A stretch of DNA of 64,000 nucleotides from Polyangiaceae bacterium (GTDB taxonomy: Bacteria > Myxococcota_A > Polyangia > Polyangiales > Polyangiaceae), in the NCBI GenBank assembly GCA_965222375.1, contig CBDCTZ010000014.1:544001-608000 (forward strand), in the 5' to 3' direction. Position 1 is the first letter of the stretch. The number at the start of each line of letters is the position of its first letter. This document shows, piece by piece, positions 20,228 to 29,117 of the stretch. Under the pieces are notes generated by a model that was not told the origin of the DNA, ran no database searches, and saw only the letters and a program-made list of their open reading frames with translations. The translations under genes were made by a program, and so were the position numbers.

Positions 20228-20508
20228 TCAATCGCAAAGGCCGCTCTTACAGACCTCGGGCGCCACGCAGTGTGCTGCTCCGAGGCACTGCACGCATAGC
20301 CCGAGGTTGTCGTCGCACTGGGCGGTCTTCCCGCTGCATCCGCCGGCGTCGGGTGGCAGCGCAACCCGTCGGGGTGGCAGCCCTCCGCCCCGGAACTCGC
20401 GCCAGCGCCGGCATCGTCGCCGCCGGAGTTGAAGTCGTCCAAGGAACGCGCGGAACAAGCCAGCGTGAGCAGCACGCCACCGAGCAGTGCGTGATACGAG
20501 AAACGCAT
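20228..20508 (-). pseudogene. Small Cys-rich lipoprotein interrupted by a 1-nt frameshift (pseudogene or sequence error)
   Basis: N-terminus MRFSYHALLGGVLLTLAC...GCHPDGLRCH lies in one frame and DAGGCSGKTAQCDDNLGLCVQC...GLCD* in another. One extra G at 20351-20353 joins them. Confidence 0.7.
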
Positions 20509-20563
20509 CTTCAAATGATACGCGCCGGGCCGATACGGCACAGACGCGGCCGCTGCGCAAGCC

Positions 20564-21058
20564 TCAGCGCGCCATCGTATCCAGTCTCTTTGCCAGAGTA
20601 GTCGCCAGGGTCTGAAACCCCAGCCGAGCGTAGAAGCGGCCCGCGCCATCGTTGCCGCCCGCGACCGCTAGCCGCAACTCTGGTGACCCGGCGTCACGAG
20701 CCAGCTGCTCGGCCTGGGCCATGAGCACTTTTCCGATGCCTTGACTGCGCGCTTGCCGCGCAACAGAGAGCTCGCTCACGAAGCTGTGCCAAGGCACTGG
20801 ATCGTCCGGCTCAGAGCGCGGAACGCGCCGCAACACGGTCACGAAGCCCACGGTCTCACCGTCGAGCTCGGCCATGACGATGACCCCGTCGTATCGACGC
20901 ACGCGCTCGTGCATTTGTTTCAGATAGTCGTCTGCGATCGCATCGCCCCGCGGTGCGTCGCGCCCCAGAGCGTGCTCGTGGTCCTGCAGCGCGACGAAGA
21001 GCGCACGCAGGGCGTCGGCATCCGTATTGGGATCCCAGAGGCGAAGGGAAGGCTCCAT
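20564..21058 (-). CDS. GNAT-family N-acetyltransferase
   Basis: VSELSVARQARSQGIGKVLM (acetyl-CoA motif A); NDGAGRFYARLGF. Confidence 0.92.
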   Translation of the reverse strand: MEPSLRLWDPNTDADALRALFVALQDHEHALGRDAPRGDAIADDYLKQMHERVRRYDGVIVMAELDGETVGFVTVLRRVPRSEPDDPVPWHSFVSELSVARQARSQGIGKVLMAQAEQLARDAGSPELRLAVAGGNDGAGRFYARLGFQTLATTLAKRLDTMAR

Positions 21059-21135
21059 CGGTTCAGCCTATCCTGAATGGCGCCGCGAGCGTGCTTGGTT
21101 GCAGCCGAGGGCGTTCCCTGAAGGCAAGCGCTAAG

Positions 21136-21160
21136 ACTTATATGCATAGTGCATATAAGT
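21136..21160. promoter_or_regulatory. AT-rich perfect inverted repeat, probable transcription-factor operator upstream of the GNAT gene
   Basis: ACTTATATGCA-TAG-TGCATATAAGT (11-bp arms). Confidence 0.65.
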
Positions 21161-21423
21161 TGCACGCGGCCACCCGAGACTGTGCAGCAGGGCGAGAGTC
21201 GTGCACCAACGCCGCCCCAAGGCCGCGACCCCAAACCCAACAACACTGGCTGGGTTTTGGGGTTGAGTCGGATTTGGTGCTCCATGAAGGGCGCGCGGCA
21301 GTGTTGGGGCGGGTGACGCTTCGAGAGCGCGGACCGGAGCCGCCAGCTGCTTCGCGCTGCGCCTGGGCTGCTGCGCCCCAGGGATGTCGAAGCGAAATCG
21401 ACTCCTTCCTCCCTGGCGGGCCC

Positions 21424-21471
21424 TTGACTCGCATCCAACCGACTGTATATTGAACGCATACAGTATACAGT
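21424..21471 (+). promoter_or_regulatory. Sigma70-like promoter overlapped by a GntR/YtrA-type inverted-repeat operator
   Basis: TTGACT (21424)-N16-TATATT (21446); ACTGTATA (21442-21449) and TATACAGT (21464-21471), immediately upstream of the gntR ATG. Confidence 0.7.
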
Positions 21472-21477
21472 TGAAAA

Positions 21478-21867
21478 ATGCTCGCAATTCAGGTGGATTT
21501 TTCAAGCTCCGTGCCGGTGTACCGGCAGATCGCGGACGAGCTCCGGGCGCTGATAGCCCAAGGGCAGCTCCGAGATGGGGATGAGCTGCCGAGCGTCCGG
21601 GATCTATCCGGACGGGTTGGGGTCAACCTGAATACGGTCGCCAAGGCGTACCGCATCCTGAGCGAGGAAGGCGTCGTCGACATGCGACACGGCTCCCGAG
21701 CCAAGGTGAACGTCCCCAGTGCGCCCTACCGACAGAGCGAAACCGACGACATTGCGCGACGACTCGACGATGTCGTGAGTCGCTTGGTTCTGGCGGGGGC
21801 TGACCGAAAGCAAGTCGAGCGCTTGTTCAAAAAAGCCATCGCGCGCTTTTTTGCCACTGCGAAGTGA
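21478..21867 (+). CDS. GntR-family regulator (YtrA-like, short C-terminal domain)
   Basis: PVYRQIADEL, GDELPSVRDLS, VNLNTVAKAYRIL. Confidence 0.95.
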   Translation: MLAIQVDFSSSVPVYRQIADELRALIAQGQLRDGDELPSVRDLSGRVGVNLNTVAKAYRILSEEGVVDMRHGSRAKVNVPSAPYRQSETDDIARRLDDVVSRLVLAGADRKQVERLFKKAIARFFATAK

Positions 21868-21878
21868 GAGAGGTCAGC

Positions 21879-22961
21879 ATGGAACAAATCGCACGCTTTA
21901 GTTTGGCAGCCACGATTCTGATCGTGTGGGCCACGGTGCATCTCATCGCGCGAGCCGAAGGGCAGCGCGTCTTCTTCATGTATGTAGGTCGGGATGTAAG
22001 CGATGTCGATCGCGCGTGCGTCCGACGTACCCGACTCGCCAATCACGTCTTTGCCCTGATTGGAGTTGGGGTTGCCCTGCTCTCCTCCAGCGAAGTCTTG
22101 CTCGCTGTGGTCGCGAGCGTGCTTCCGCTCGTGCCCATCGCTTGGATGCTGACGGAGTTTGCGCGGCTCAGCCGCACCATGCCCAGCCATGTGCCTCCCG
22201 CGCGCTACGTAGTTCCCCTCGAGGATCCACCGTCTTGGCACGCCTTCATTTCCGTGCCCTTGCAACTCGCTAATGCGGCGGTCGTCGTGCTCAGCGCCGC
22301 CGGCTTTTGGCTGGTGAGTTCGGCTTTGCCAGCGCGAGTTCCGCTTCACTTCGACATGGCGGGTCGCCCGGACCGTTGGGGTAGCCCTGCCGAGCTGTGG
22401 GTTCTGGGCGGCACCATGATCTTTGATCTGTTGCTGCTGTGGTTCATCGTTTTCATGGTCGCCAAGGAGCGTTGGGCGCTACCGGTCGAAAACAAGCAGC
22501 GCTACGCGGAGCTATCGATGCAACGCCGCTCCCTCATCGTGCGCATGGTCGAGTGGATCATGCTGGGCGTAAACGGTGCCATGGCGGTGATTTGGTTCGG
22601 CGCCGTGGTCGGCTCTGTCAAGCAAGGCTGGATCGGCCCAAGCGTTGGCGCTGGCGTCGTCATCATGGCGATAGGCATCCTGGGCCCGATGTGGGCCTAC
22701 ATGCGCCGCTTGTCTCGGATCGGCGACGAGTTGCGTCACCTCGGTGGATCCGAGGCCTTGGGCACGCACCCGGATGGCTGGCGATGGGGCGGTTTCGTGT
22801 ACTACGCGCCGCAGGATCCTGCGCTCTTCGTTCCCAAGCAACGCGGCATTGGGCAGACGCTGAACTTTGGGCGCCCAGGTGCTTGGGTGTTTCTATTCGT
22901 GATCCTCGTCTTGCCTTTGGCGCTAGGCCTGGGCGGCGTCCTGGCCGCCGCTGCGAACTGA
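21879..22961 (+). CDS. Membrane protein with DUF1648 and DUF5808-like segments
   Basis: LPARVPLHFDMAGRPDRW (DUF1648-like); WRWGGFVYYAPQDPALFVPKQRGIGQTLNFG (DUF5808-like); usual partner of YtrA-type GntR. Confidence 0.85.
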   Translation: MEQIARFSLAATILIVWATVHLIARAEGQRVFFMYVGRDVSDVDRACVRRTRLANHVFALIGVGVALLSSSEVLLAVVASVLPLVPIAWMLTEFARLSRTMPSHVPPARYVVPLEDPPSWHAFISVPLQLANAAVVVLSAAGFWLVSSALPARVPLHFDMAGRPDRWGSPAELWVLGGTMIFDLLLLWFIVFMVAKERWALPVENKQRYAELSMQRRSLIVRMVEWIMLGVNGAMAVIWFGAVVGSVKQGWIGPSVGAGVVIMAIGILGPMWAYMRRLSRIGDELRHLGGSEALGTHPDGWRWGGFVYYAPQDPALFVPKQRGIGQTLNFGRPGAWVFLFVILVLPLALGLGGVLAAAAN

Positions 22962-24233
22962 TGGGACTCGGTGGCTCAGCACCTTGAAGAGGGCAGCGCC
23001 GAGTGAGCACCCGGTCGCGATCAAACCGATCCCGGTCAGGCGCGCGAGGACGTCGCTGCTCGCAGTGATGGCGCTCAAGCCGAGCACCAAGCTGAGCAAG
23101 TGGCAGGACAGGCCCAACTGGCTCAATCGATCGGGTAGGAGCCGCCGCATCGGTGGCACGTCAACGATGCCCACCAAAGAAGAGAAGCGGTGGAACCAGA
23201 CCAGGAACGGGACGATTCGCGAGAGCATGCCGTGCACGATGCTGCCCGCCCAACCCCACACCACCAAGAAGCCGAAGCCGAGCCCCAGGCGGGGATCATC
23301 CCAAATCGCGGCGCTTGCACCCACGGCAAAGGATGCGAGCGCCGCGGACAGGCCGAGCTTCCAGAACGCCAAACTCGGGTCGGCGCGCTTGCGACGGCGA
23401 CGGCGCAAGGCTCGGAGCACAGCGAGGGGGTGCAGGAGCCAAACGGCCGCGCCGCCGGGCAGCATCAGCGCTGCCATCACCTTCGGGCCCGCGCCCAGGG
23501 CGAGAGCCAGCGGCAGCGCGAGCAACGTGCTGAATATGAGGGCGATCAGGGCTCTCTGGACGCCGGAGCTGAGCCCAGGTGTCAGGTAGAACATCGGGAT
23601 CACCTGGAAGCTCACTGCGCTGATCAATCCCCCAACCCACACCACCAAACCGACGCCCACGTGGGCGAGCACGAACCGGGGGTACCACGGCGTCGCGATA
23701 CCTGCGCCACGCACGTACGCCATGGTCGCGCCGAGAGCGAGCAGGACGCAGAGCCCCAGGACCGCGATCGTCATGCCTCGGGTGGTTTCGGTCTTGGCCG
23801 GAGCGCGCAGCAGAGCCACGCTGACTGCGGAAACGAATGCGACCAGGGCTAGAGTCAAGAATGCTGCGCCCACAATGGTCAGCCACCGAGACCCACTCAG
23901 CAAGCCGGCAACCAGTGCGACCACACCGCCGGCGTAGCAAGCATGGACTCCATGGGCGCTTCTCACCGCCGGCACTGGCGCACCCGCCACCACGGGGATC
24001 ATCTGATAGAGGGCGCCTAGCATGACGGAGCCCAATAGCCCCAGAGTGCCAACGTGGGTGAGCCCGGCGGTCGCTCCGGCGTGTCGGGTGACCAATAGGG
24101 ACGCCCCGCTACTGAGCAACATCACGCCAGCGGCCAGGATCGCTAACGGCGCAAGCAAGAAGAAGCTCACTGGCACGCTCAGCGGCGGAGCCTGATCCAG
24201 ACTCAAGCCCCCGGTGTTCATCGCCGAACTCAT
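22923..24233 (-). CDS. About 12-TM membrane protein with intramembrane His residues, of the type found with hemerythrin/DUF2249 genes
   Basis: LSLDQAPPLSVP, LTHVGTLG...MLGALYQMIPV, LAHVGVGLVVW, GMLSRIVPFLVWFH; start overlaps the tetR stop (ATGA). Confidence 0.8.
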   Translation of the reverse strand: MSSAMNTGGLSLDQAPPLSVPVSFFLLAPLAILAAGVMLLSSGASLLVTRHAGATAGLTHVGTLGLLGSVMLGALYQMIPVVAGAPVPAVRSAHGVHACYAGGVVALVAGLLSGSRWLTIVGAAFLTLALVAFVSAVSVALLRAPAKTETTRGMTIAVLGLCVLLALGATMAYVRGAGIATPWYPRFVLAHVGVGLVVWVGGLISAVSFQVIPMFYLTPGLSSGVQRALIALIFSTLLALPLALALGAGPKVMAALMLPGGAAVWLLHPLAVLRALRRRRRKRADPSLAFWKLGLSAALASFAVGASAAIWDDPRLGLGFGFLVVWGWAGSIVHGMLSRIVPFLVWFHRFSSLVGIVDVPPMRRLLPDRLSQLGLSCHLLSLVLGLSAITASSDVLARLTGIGLIATGCSLGAALFKVLSHRVPSVRSGGQDAAQA

Positions 24234-25342
24234 TGACTAGGGGTCACCCACAAAAGTGCACTGCCGTCCGCTTCTTCGAGGATCTCGAACTCTGCGCCGC
24301 GCTTGTCGAGTTGCGGGATCAGTAGGCGAGGGTAGCGGGGCAAACGCGCCAGGTAGACGTCGCCAGGGCGCAGCGCGGACACGACACTCAAACAACGTTC
24401 CAGGGGCTCGGGCGCTTCGAGCTCTCGCAGGTCTTCGACGCCTGGGCACTCTCTACCCAGGATCTGCACGTGGAACTGTTTTTCGCCCTGCTTTTCTACG
24501 GAGACGTCGTGGCCTCGTTCGGACAGCAGGGTGACCAGCGGCGCGGGGTGGAACGGTGTCGTCACGCTCACGGCGCCGGTTGAGCCCACGGACGCGACGG
24601 CGCCGACGATGGTGTCGAATGGGTCAACACCCGAGCTGAGGAGAGGGCGAGCGTCGATGGCCTGAAGGGATGCGGCAGACTCATCTGATGCTGCTGGCTC
24701 GGCTGCGGACGGCTCCTCCGCCTGTGCCGACGTCTGCTCGATGCCGGGTCGCATGCCATGCAGCCAGATCTCGAACAATCGGGCGCCCTCCATCTGCAAT
24801 GGCTCCGGTCTCGGCGACAAGCGTCGCGAAAGCGTCGCGCCTTGCAGGAGCCCGGTGAAGGATGTTGCACCGTCGTGGGGATCGATCTTCGGGTCCAGAA
24901 CGCCCTGCTGTTGCCCCTGTCGCACGAGCTGTCCGATGAGCGACGCCTGGGTGGCGTGCAGCTGCCGCAAGGCGCCGAAGAGGGGGCCCGAGCCGATTGC
25001 GGCGTGAGCGAAGAGCAGTCGAGGCAGTCCTGGGTGTTGATCGAGATGTTGGAAAAGCGCCCGCGCCAAGTGGCGCAGACGCTCGTCGGCTTCGGAATGC
25101 CGCTCCAAGACGTCGCTTGCGATCACGGCGAGCTGGCCGCGCATTTCCTCCACCACCGCGAGCAGCAAGGTCTCCTTGGAGGCGAAGTGCCGAAACAGTG
25201 CAGGTTGGGATAGGCCCAACTGCTTGGCAATTTGGCGGGTGCTCAGCTGGTCGAGGGAGCTGTCGGCCAGCAGGGCCAGCGCCGCGCTGACGATCTGGCG
25301 CTTGCGCACGTCGCTTTTTTCTCGCCGAGTCGGAGACGACAT
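24230..25342 (-). CDS. TetR-family regulator fused to two DUF2249-like domains
   Basis: HTH LSTRQIAKQLGLSQPALFRHFASKE; C-terminal IDARPLLSSGVDPFDTI...TPFHPAPLVTLL and DLRELEAPEPLERCL...PRYPRLLIPQL. Confidence 0.85.
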   Translation of the reverse strand: MSSPTRREKSDVRKRQIVSAALALLADSSLDQLSTRQIAKQLGLSQPALFRHFASKETLLLAVVEEMRGQLAVIASDVLERHSEADERLRHLARALFQHLDQHPGLPRLLFAHAAIGSGPLFGALRQLHATQASLIGQLVRQGQQQGVLDPKIDPHDGATSFTGLLQGATLSRRLSPRPEPLQMEGARLFEIWLHGMRPGIEQTSAQAEEPSAAEPAASDESAASLQAIDARPLLSSGVDPFDTIVGAVASVGSTGAVSVTTPFHPAPLVTLLSERGHDVSVEKQGEKQFHVQILGRECPGVEDLRELEAPEPLERCLSVVSALRPGDVYLARLPRYPRLLIPQLDKRGAEFEILEEADGSALLWVTPSQ

Positions 25343-25362
25343 GTTATCAACTGATAACATGT
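25339..25362. promoter_or_regulatory. Perfect palindromic operator between the divergent tetR and hemerythrin genes
   Basis: ACATGTTATCA-AC-TGATAACATGT; overlaps the tetR start codon. Confidence 0.8.
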
Positions 25363-25393
25363 TTCTAGACAGTCTCGCCACAGGAGAGCACCG

Positions 25394-25840
25394 ATGGGCC
25401 TAGACAGCGGGCCGGCCGGCTTCTTCACGCAAGATCACCGGGATTGCGACTCGGCGTGGGCTGCCGTGGAGCAGGCCGTGGACGCTGGTGCGGGCGTTGC
25501 CGAGGCCTTCCAACGCTATGAGCGCTCCATGCAGCGGCACCTGGCCATGGAGGAAGAGGTGTTGTTTCCCGCGCTGGAACAAGCCACCGGAATGCAGGGC
25601 GGACCGACCATGGTGATGCGCATGGAGCACAAGCAAATGCGCGCAGTTCTTGACCAGATGCGCGCCGCGTCAGAGGCGGGTGAATTCGACGCTGTACTCG
25701 ATCACGGCGATACCCTGCTCATGTTGATCCAGCAGCACAACATGAAGGAAGAGGGCATGCTGTATCCCCTCGCCGAGCGTGTGCTGTCGGGCTCGTGGCA
25801 ACAACTGACGGCGCGTCTCGCAGAGTATGCCAAAGACTGA
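25394..25840 (+). CDS. Hemerythrin/HHE cation-binding domain protein
   Basis: DHRDCD, RHLAMEEEVLFP, EHKQMR, HNMKEEGMLYP (H...HxxxE...H...HxxxE). Confidence 0.92.
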   Translation: MGLDSGPAGFFTQDHRDCDSAWAAVEQAVDAGAGVAEAFQRYERSMQRHLAMEEEVLFPALEQATGMQGGPTMVMRMEHKQMRAVLDQMRAASEAGEFDAVLDHGDTLLMLIQQHNMKEEGMLYPLAERVLSGSWQQLTARLAEYAKD

Positions 25841-25909
25841 GCGTGTGCTGTCGGGCTCGTGGCAACAACTGACGGCGCGTCTCGCAGAGTACGCCAAAGA
25901 CTGAGCGTG
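25775..25909 (+). repeat. 64-bp direct tandem duplication of the hemerythrin gene 3' end
   Basis: 25775-25838 vs 25839-25902 differ at one base (TAT/TAC); a third GAGCGTG follows at 25903-25909. Confidence 0.95.
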
Positions 25910-26019
25910 CCCAACCGACTCGAGTCGTGTTTCGAGGCAATTGCCCGCCCCGAGGCGGTCGGGTGAGTCGAGGCGTCAGTTGACTTGGGCGCTATGTGCG
26001 CGAAAATGCTGCGGGGAGC

Positions 26020-27438
26020 ATGCAACTCAACCTTTCGCCCGGAGATGTCGTTGCTGAGAAGCTGCGCATCGTCCGGCAGATCGGCGAAGGCGGCATGGGT
26101 GCGGTGTTCGAGGTCGAGCACCTTTTCACTAAGCACCGCCGCGCCCTGAAGATGTTGCATGGCCAATGTCTGGCTAACCCCGATTCCGTGGAACGATTCC
26201 TGCGCGAGGCGTCGGCGGCCGGGCGAATCGGTAGCGCGCACATCGTCGAGACCTTCGACGCCGGCAAGCTGCCGACCGGGGAGCCCTACCTCGTCATGGA
26301 GCTGCTGGACGGTGAGTCCCTTGCGGACCGCCTCGCCCGCAAGAAGCAGCTTGGAGTCGACGAGACCATCGAGATCTTGATTCAAGCGGCCGAGGGCGTT
26401 CAAGCCGCCCACGAGGCGGGGATTGTGCATCGGGATCTCAAGCCCGACAACTTCTTCATCACCCGCGCATCGCCCCAGTTTTTGAAGATCCTGGATTTCG
26501 GCATTTCGAAATTCGACCAAGAGCGATTCGGAACCCGCAACGTCACCCAGGAGGGCGCTCTACTCGGCACGCCCTACTACATGGCGCCGGAACAGGTTCG
26601 GGGTGGCGAAGTAGACGCCGCGTCGGATGTGTACGCCCTGGGCGTCGTTCTGTACGAATGCCTGACCGGCAAGAAGCCCTTCGTGGCCGATACTCTGCCC
26701 GAGCTGAGCATCAAGATCTTCGAAGGCAGCTATGTGCCCCCGGACGTTTTTCGAGAGGAACTGTCGCCTCGGCTCTGCGATCTCATCGCCCGCACCATGT
26801 CACGGGACAAAGGCGACCGCCCCGAGGGCGCGGGGGCACTCAAGGACAAGCTCCGCGAGATCCAGGCAGAGCTGGGACAAGGCATGGCCAAGACCATCGC
26901 GGCGCCGTCCGCGCCGCCGCCTCCCAGCATCGAAAGAACCATGCTGCTGGACGTCGAGCCGAAACAGGCGGTGACCCAGCGGAGCGCCGATCCCCAAGGC
27001 GCGTCCTTGGGCGGCTTGGCCAGCACTGGCAACGTCGTGCTCCCGGAGGTGGCTGTCGCGCCCGCCAAGCGCCGCTGGCTGCCCCTTGCCGGGGTCGCCG
27101 CGCTCGTGGTCATTGGCGCTGCTGCCATCGGCCTTCGCTCCCAGCCGTCGTCCGGTGATGCTCTCGGCGCCGAGCCTAGCGCCAGCGGGGTGGGCGCCGA
27201 GCCGAGCCCACCGAGCATCGACATTGCGTCGTCCGGCGCCCCAGCGGCGCCCAAGACGGCGCTGCCAACAGGGTCCGCGTCCGCCTTGGCGCTGTCGCCG
27301 GCTGATTCGGGGGCAAAGGCCGCCGCCAAGCCAGCGCCGGCGGCAAAGCCTGCGGCTACCGGCGCGAAATCCACGAAACCGGCCACGGGAGACCGTGCCG
27401 AGAAACACGGTGTCGCTAAGGATAATCCCTTCGAGTAG
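26020..27438 (+). CDS. Membrane-anchored Ser/Thr protein kinase
   Basis: IGEGGMGAVF, ALKML, HRDLKPDN, DFG, GTPYYMAPE; TM helix and Pro/Ala-rich tail. Confidence 0.95.
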   Translation: MQLNLSPGDVVAEKLRIVRQIGEGGMGAVFEVEHLFTKHRRALKMLHGQCLANPDSVERFLREASAAGRIGSAHIVETFDAGKLPTGEPYLVMELLDGESLADRLARKKQLGVDETIEILIQAAEGVQAAHEAGIVHRDLKPDNFFITRASPQFLKILDFGISKFDQERFGTRNVTQEGALLGTPYYMAPEQVRGGEVDAASDVYALGVVLYECLTGKKPFVADTLPELSIKIFEGSYVPPDVFREELSPRLCDLIARTMSRDKGDRPEGAGALKDKLREIQAELGQGMAKTIAAPSAPPPPSIERTMLLDVEPKQAVTQRSADPQGASLGGLASTGNVVLPEVAVAPAKRRWLPLAGVAALVVIGAAAIGLRSQPSSGDALGAEPSASGVGAEPSPPSIDIASSGAPAAPKTALPTGSASALALSPADSGAKAAAKPAPAAKPAATGAKSTKPATGDRAEKHGVAKDNPFE

Positions 27439-27462
27439 AAAGACAGCTTCGGATCATCCCCG

Positions 27463-28938
27463 ATGCGCCAACTGATCGCTCTGCTACTGGCCGGGACGCT
27501 GCTGACTTCGGTCGCCGCCGCTCAAACCCCATCTGAGAGTCAGCGCAAGGAGGCTCGCGAGCGTTTCGATCGCGCCCTCAAGCTCTTCAACGCTGGGGAC
27601 GATGGGGGAGCGCTGGCGGAGTTCGAGCGCGCCTACGCGATCGTTCCGCATCCGCTGGTGCTCTTCAACATCGCCGGCGTGCACGCCGCGATGGGCCGGG
27701 CAGTCAAGTCCACGGATGCCTACGACAAGTTGCTCGCGAACCCAGGATCCCTTTCAGCCGCCAAGGTGGCTGAGGCCAGGACGCGCCGCGCAGAGCAGGC
27801 GGCTCGGGTGGCCCGACTGGAAGTCAAAACGAACGTGCCCGGCGCCAGTATCGAGATCGACGGCGTGGAGCGCGGCAAGAGCCCGAGCCCGCCCATTCGT
27901 GTTACCAGTGGGACGCATCGAGTCGCGGTGATTGCGGCCGGGCACAGTCCGGGACGCAAAGACATCAGTATTGCGGGAGGTCGCACCGAAAGCGTGGAGT
28001 TCACGCTGCAGCCCCTCGAGGGGCGCCTGGGCAGCATCGAAATCCAGACGGATGTGCCGGATTTGGAGGTCTTCCTGGACGGGGCCTCGGTGGGACGAAC
28101 GCCACTGTTGGGACCTGTCCCGGTGGCTCCTGGGCAGCGTCATATCGAGCTGCGCCGCGCAGGTTACCGCACCGAGAAACAAGCTGTGCAGGTTGCGGAC
28201 GGCGCGAATCTGAACCTCAAGTTTTCACCGGCGCCGGATCCGAGCGTGCCGGCGCGCGGTGCATTGGCACTGACCATCACGGAGCCAGAAGCGGTCGTGT
28301 TTCTCAACAACATGCCATGGGGGCCCTACTCGCGGGCGATTGCCTTGCCGTCTGGCAAGCACAAGCTGCGGGTCGAACGCTCCGGCTTCTTCCCGTTCGA
28401 GCGAGAGGTGGTGGTGCCTGCCACGGGCACCGAAACCGTCGCGGTGGATCTAGAGCCGACGCCGGACTACCGGGCGGACTATCGTGAGTCGACCCTGGAT
28501 CGCCAGCGGGTGGGATGGCTGGTGCTTGGTGCGGGCGCCGCGGTCATCGGAGGGTCGGCGGGGTTCTTGATTTGGAACCAGGGCAAGCTCAATGACGCTC
28601 AAGCGATCATCGACGAGAATCTCGCGCTGGGCGCCAAAGGTGGACCCTGCGAACCCGGTGTTGGACCGCAGGTGAGCACGGAGTTTTGTATCAGTGCGGG
28701 CCAAGCTGGCGAGCTCGCGGCTGACGACAAGGACAAGGCGAACTCCCGAGCCATCGTGGGCTGGACCATCTTAGGAGTTGGCGCCGTCGGCGCTGGCATT
28801 GGCGCGGTGTTCTTGCTCACCAACGATGACCCGGATCGCTACGAACCGCGGCCGGAAAGCGATGTGTTTGGCGGACTGCGACCGGGCGTGGCGGTGGGGC
28901 GCGAGCAGCTGTCCTTGGGCGTCTCCGGGCACTTCTAG
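27463..28938 (+). CDS. TPR plus PEGA-domain protein
   Basis: Signal peptide; ALAEFERAYAIVPHPLVLFNIA; three PEGA-like units (VPGASIEIDG, LEVFLDG, AVVFLNN); C-terminal TM segments. Confidence 0.9.
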   Translation: MRQLIALLLAGTLLTSVAAAQTPSESQRKEARERFDRALKLFNAGDDGGALAEFERAYAIVPHPLVLFNIAGVHAAMGRAVKSTDAYDKLLANPGSLSAAKVAEARTRRAEQAARVARLEVKTNVPGASIEIDGVERGKSPSPPIRVTSGTHRVAVIAAGHSPGRKDISIAGGRTESVEFTLQPLEGRLGSIEIQTDVPDLEVFLDGASVGRTPLLGPVPVAPGQRHIELRRAGYRTEKQAVQVADGANLNLKFSPAPDPSVPARGALALTITEPEAVVFLNNMPWGPYSRAIALPSGKHKLRVERSGFFPFEREVVVPATGTETVAVDLEPTPDYRADYRESTLDRQRVGWLVLGAGAAVIGGSAGFLIWNQGKLNDAQAIIDENLALGAKGGPCEPGVGPQVSTEFCISAGQAGELAADDKDKANSRAIVGWTILGVGAVGAGIGAVFLLTNDDPDRYEPRPESDVFGGLRPGVAVGREQLSLGVSGHF

Positions 28939-29117
28939 GCGCGCTGGAAGACCCGGGCGCCATCAGGCCAAACCCCGCGCCACCGCGAGGGGAGGCGGCC
29001 GGACCTCGGGGAGTAGTGCGAGATTAGTGACCCAGCTCCGAGCCCGTGCCACGACCCCCAAAAAACCAAAGCTCCAGAGGCTGTAAGGTGTTCACTCTGC
29101 TGGGCGTTGGTTGGTGG

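Noticed and set aside
25339..25362. Palindrome as a possible FNR/CRP box
   Set aside because: The half-sites are arranged TTATCA-N2-TGATAA, not TTGAT-N4-ATCAA; a TetR operator fits better.
25775..25909. Repeat as a possible CRISPR array
   Set aside because: Only two adjacent copies, no spacers, and no cas genes in the window.
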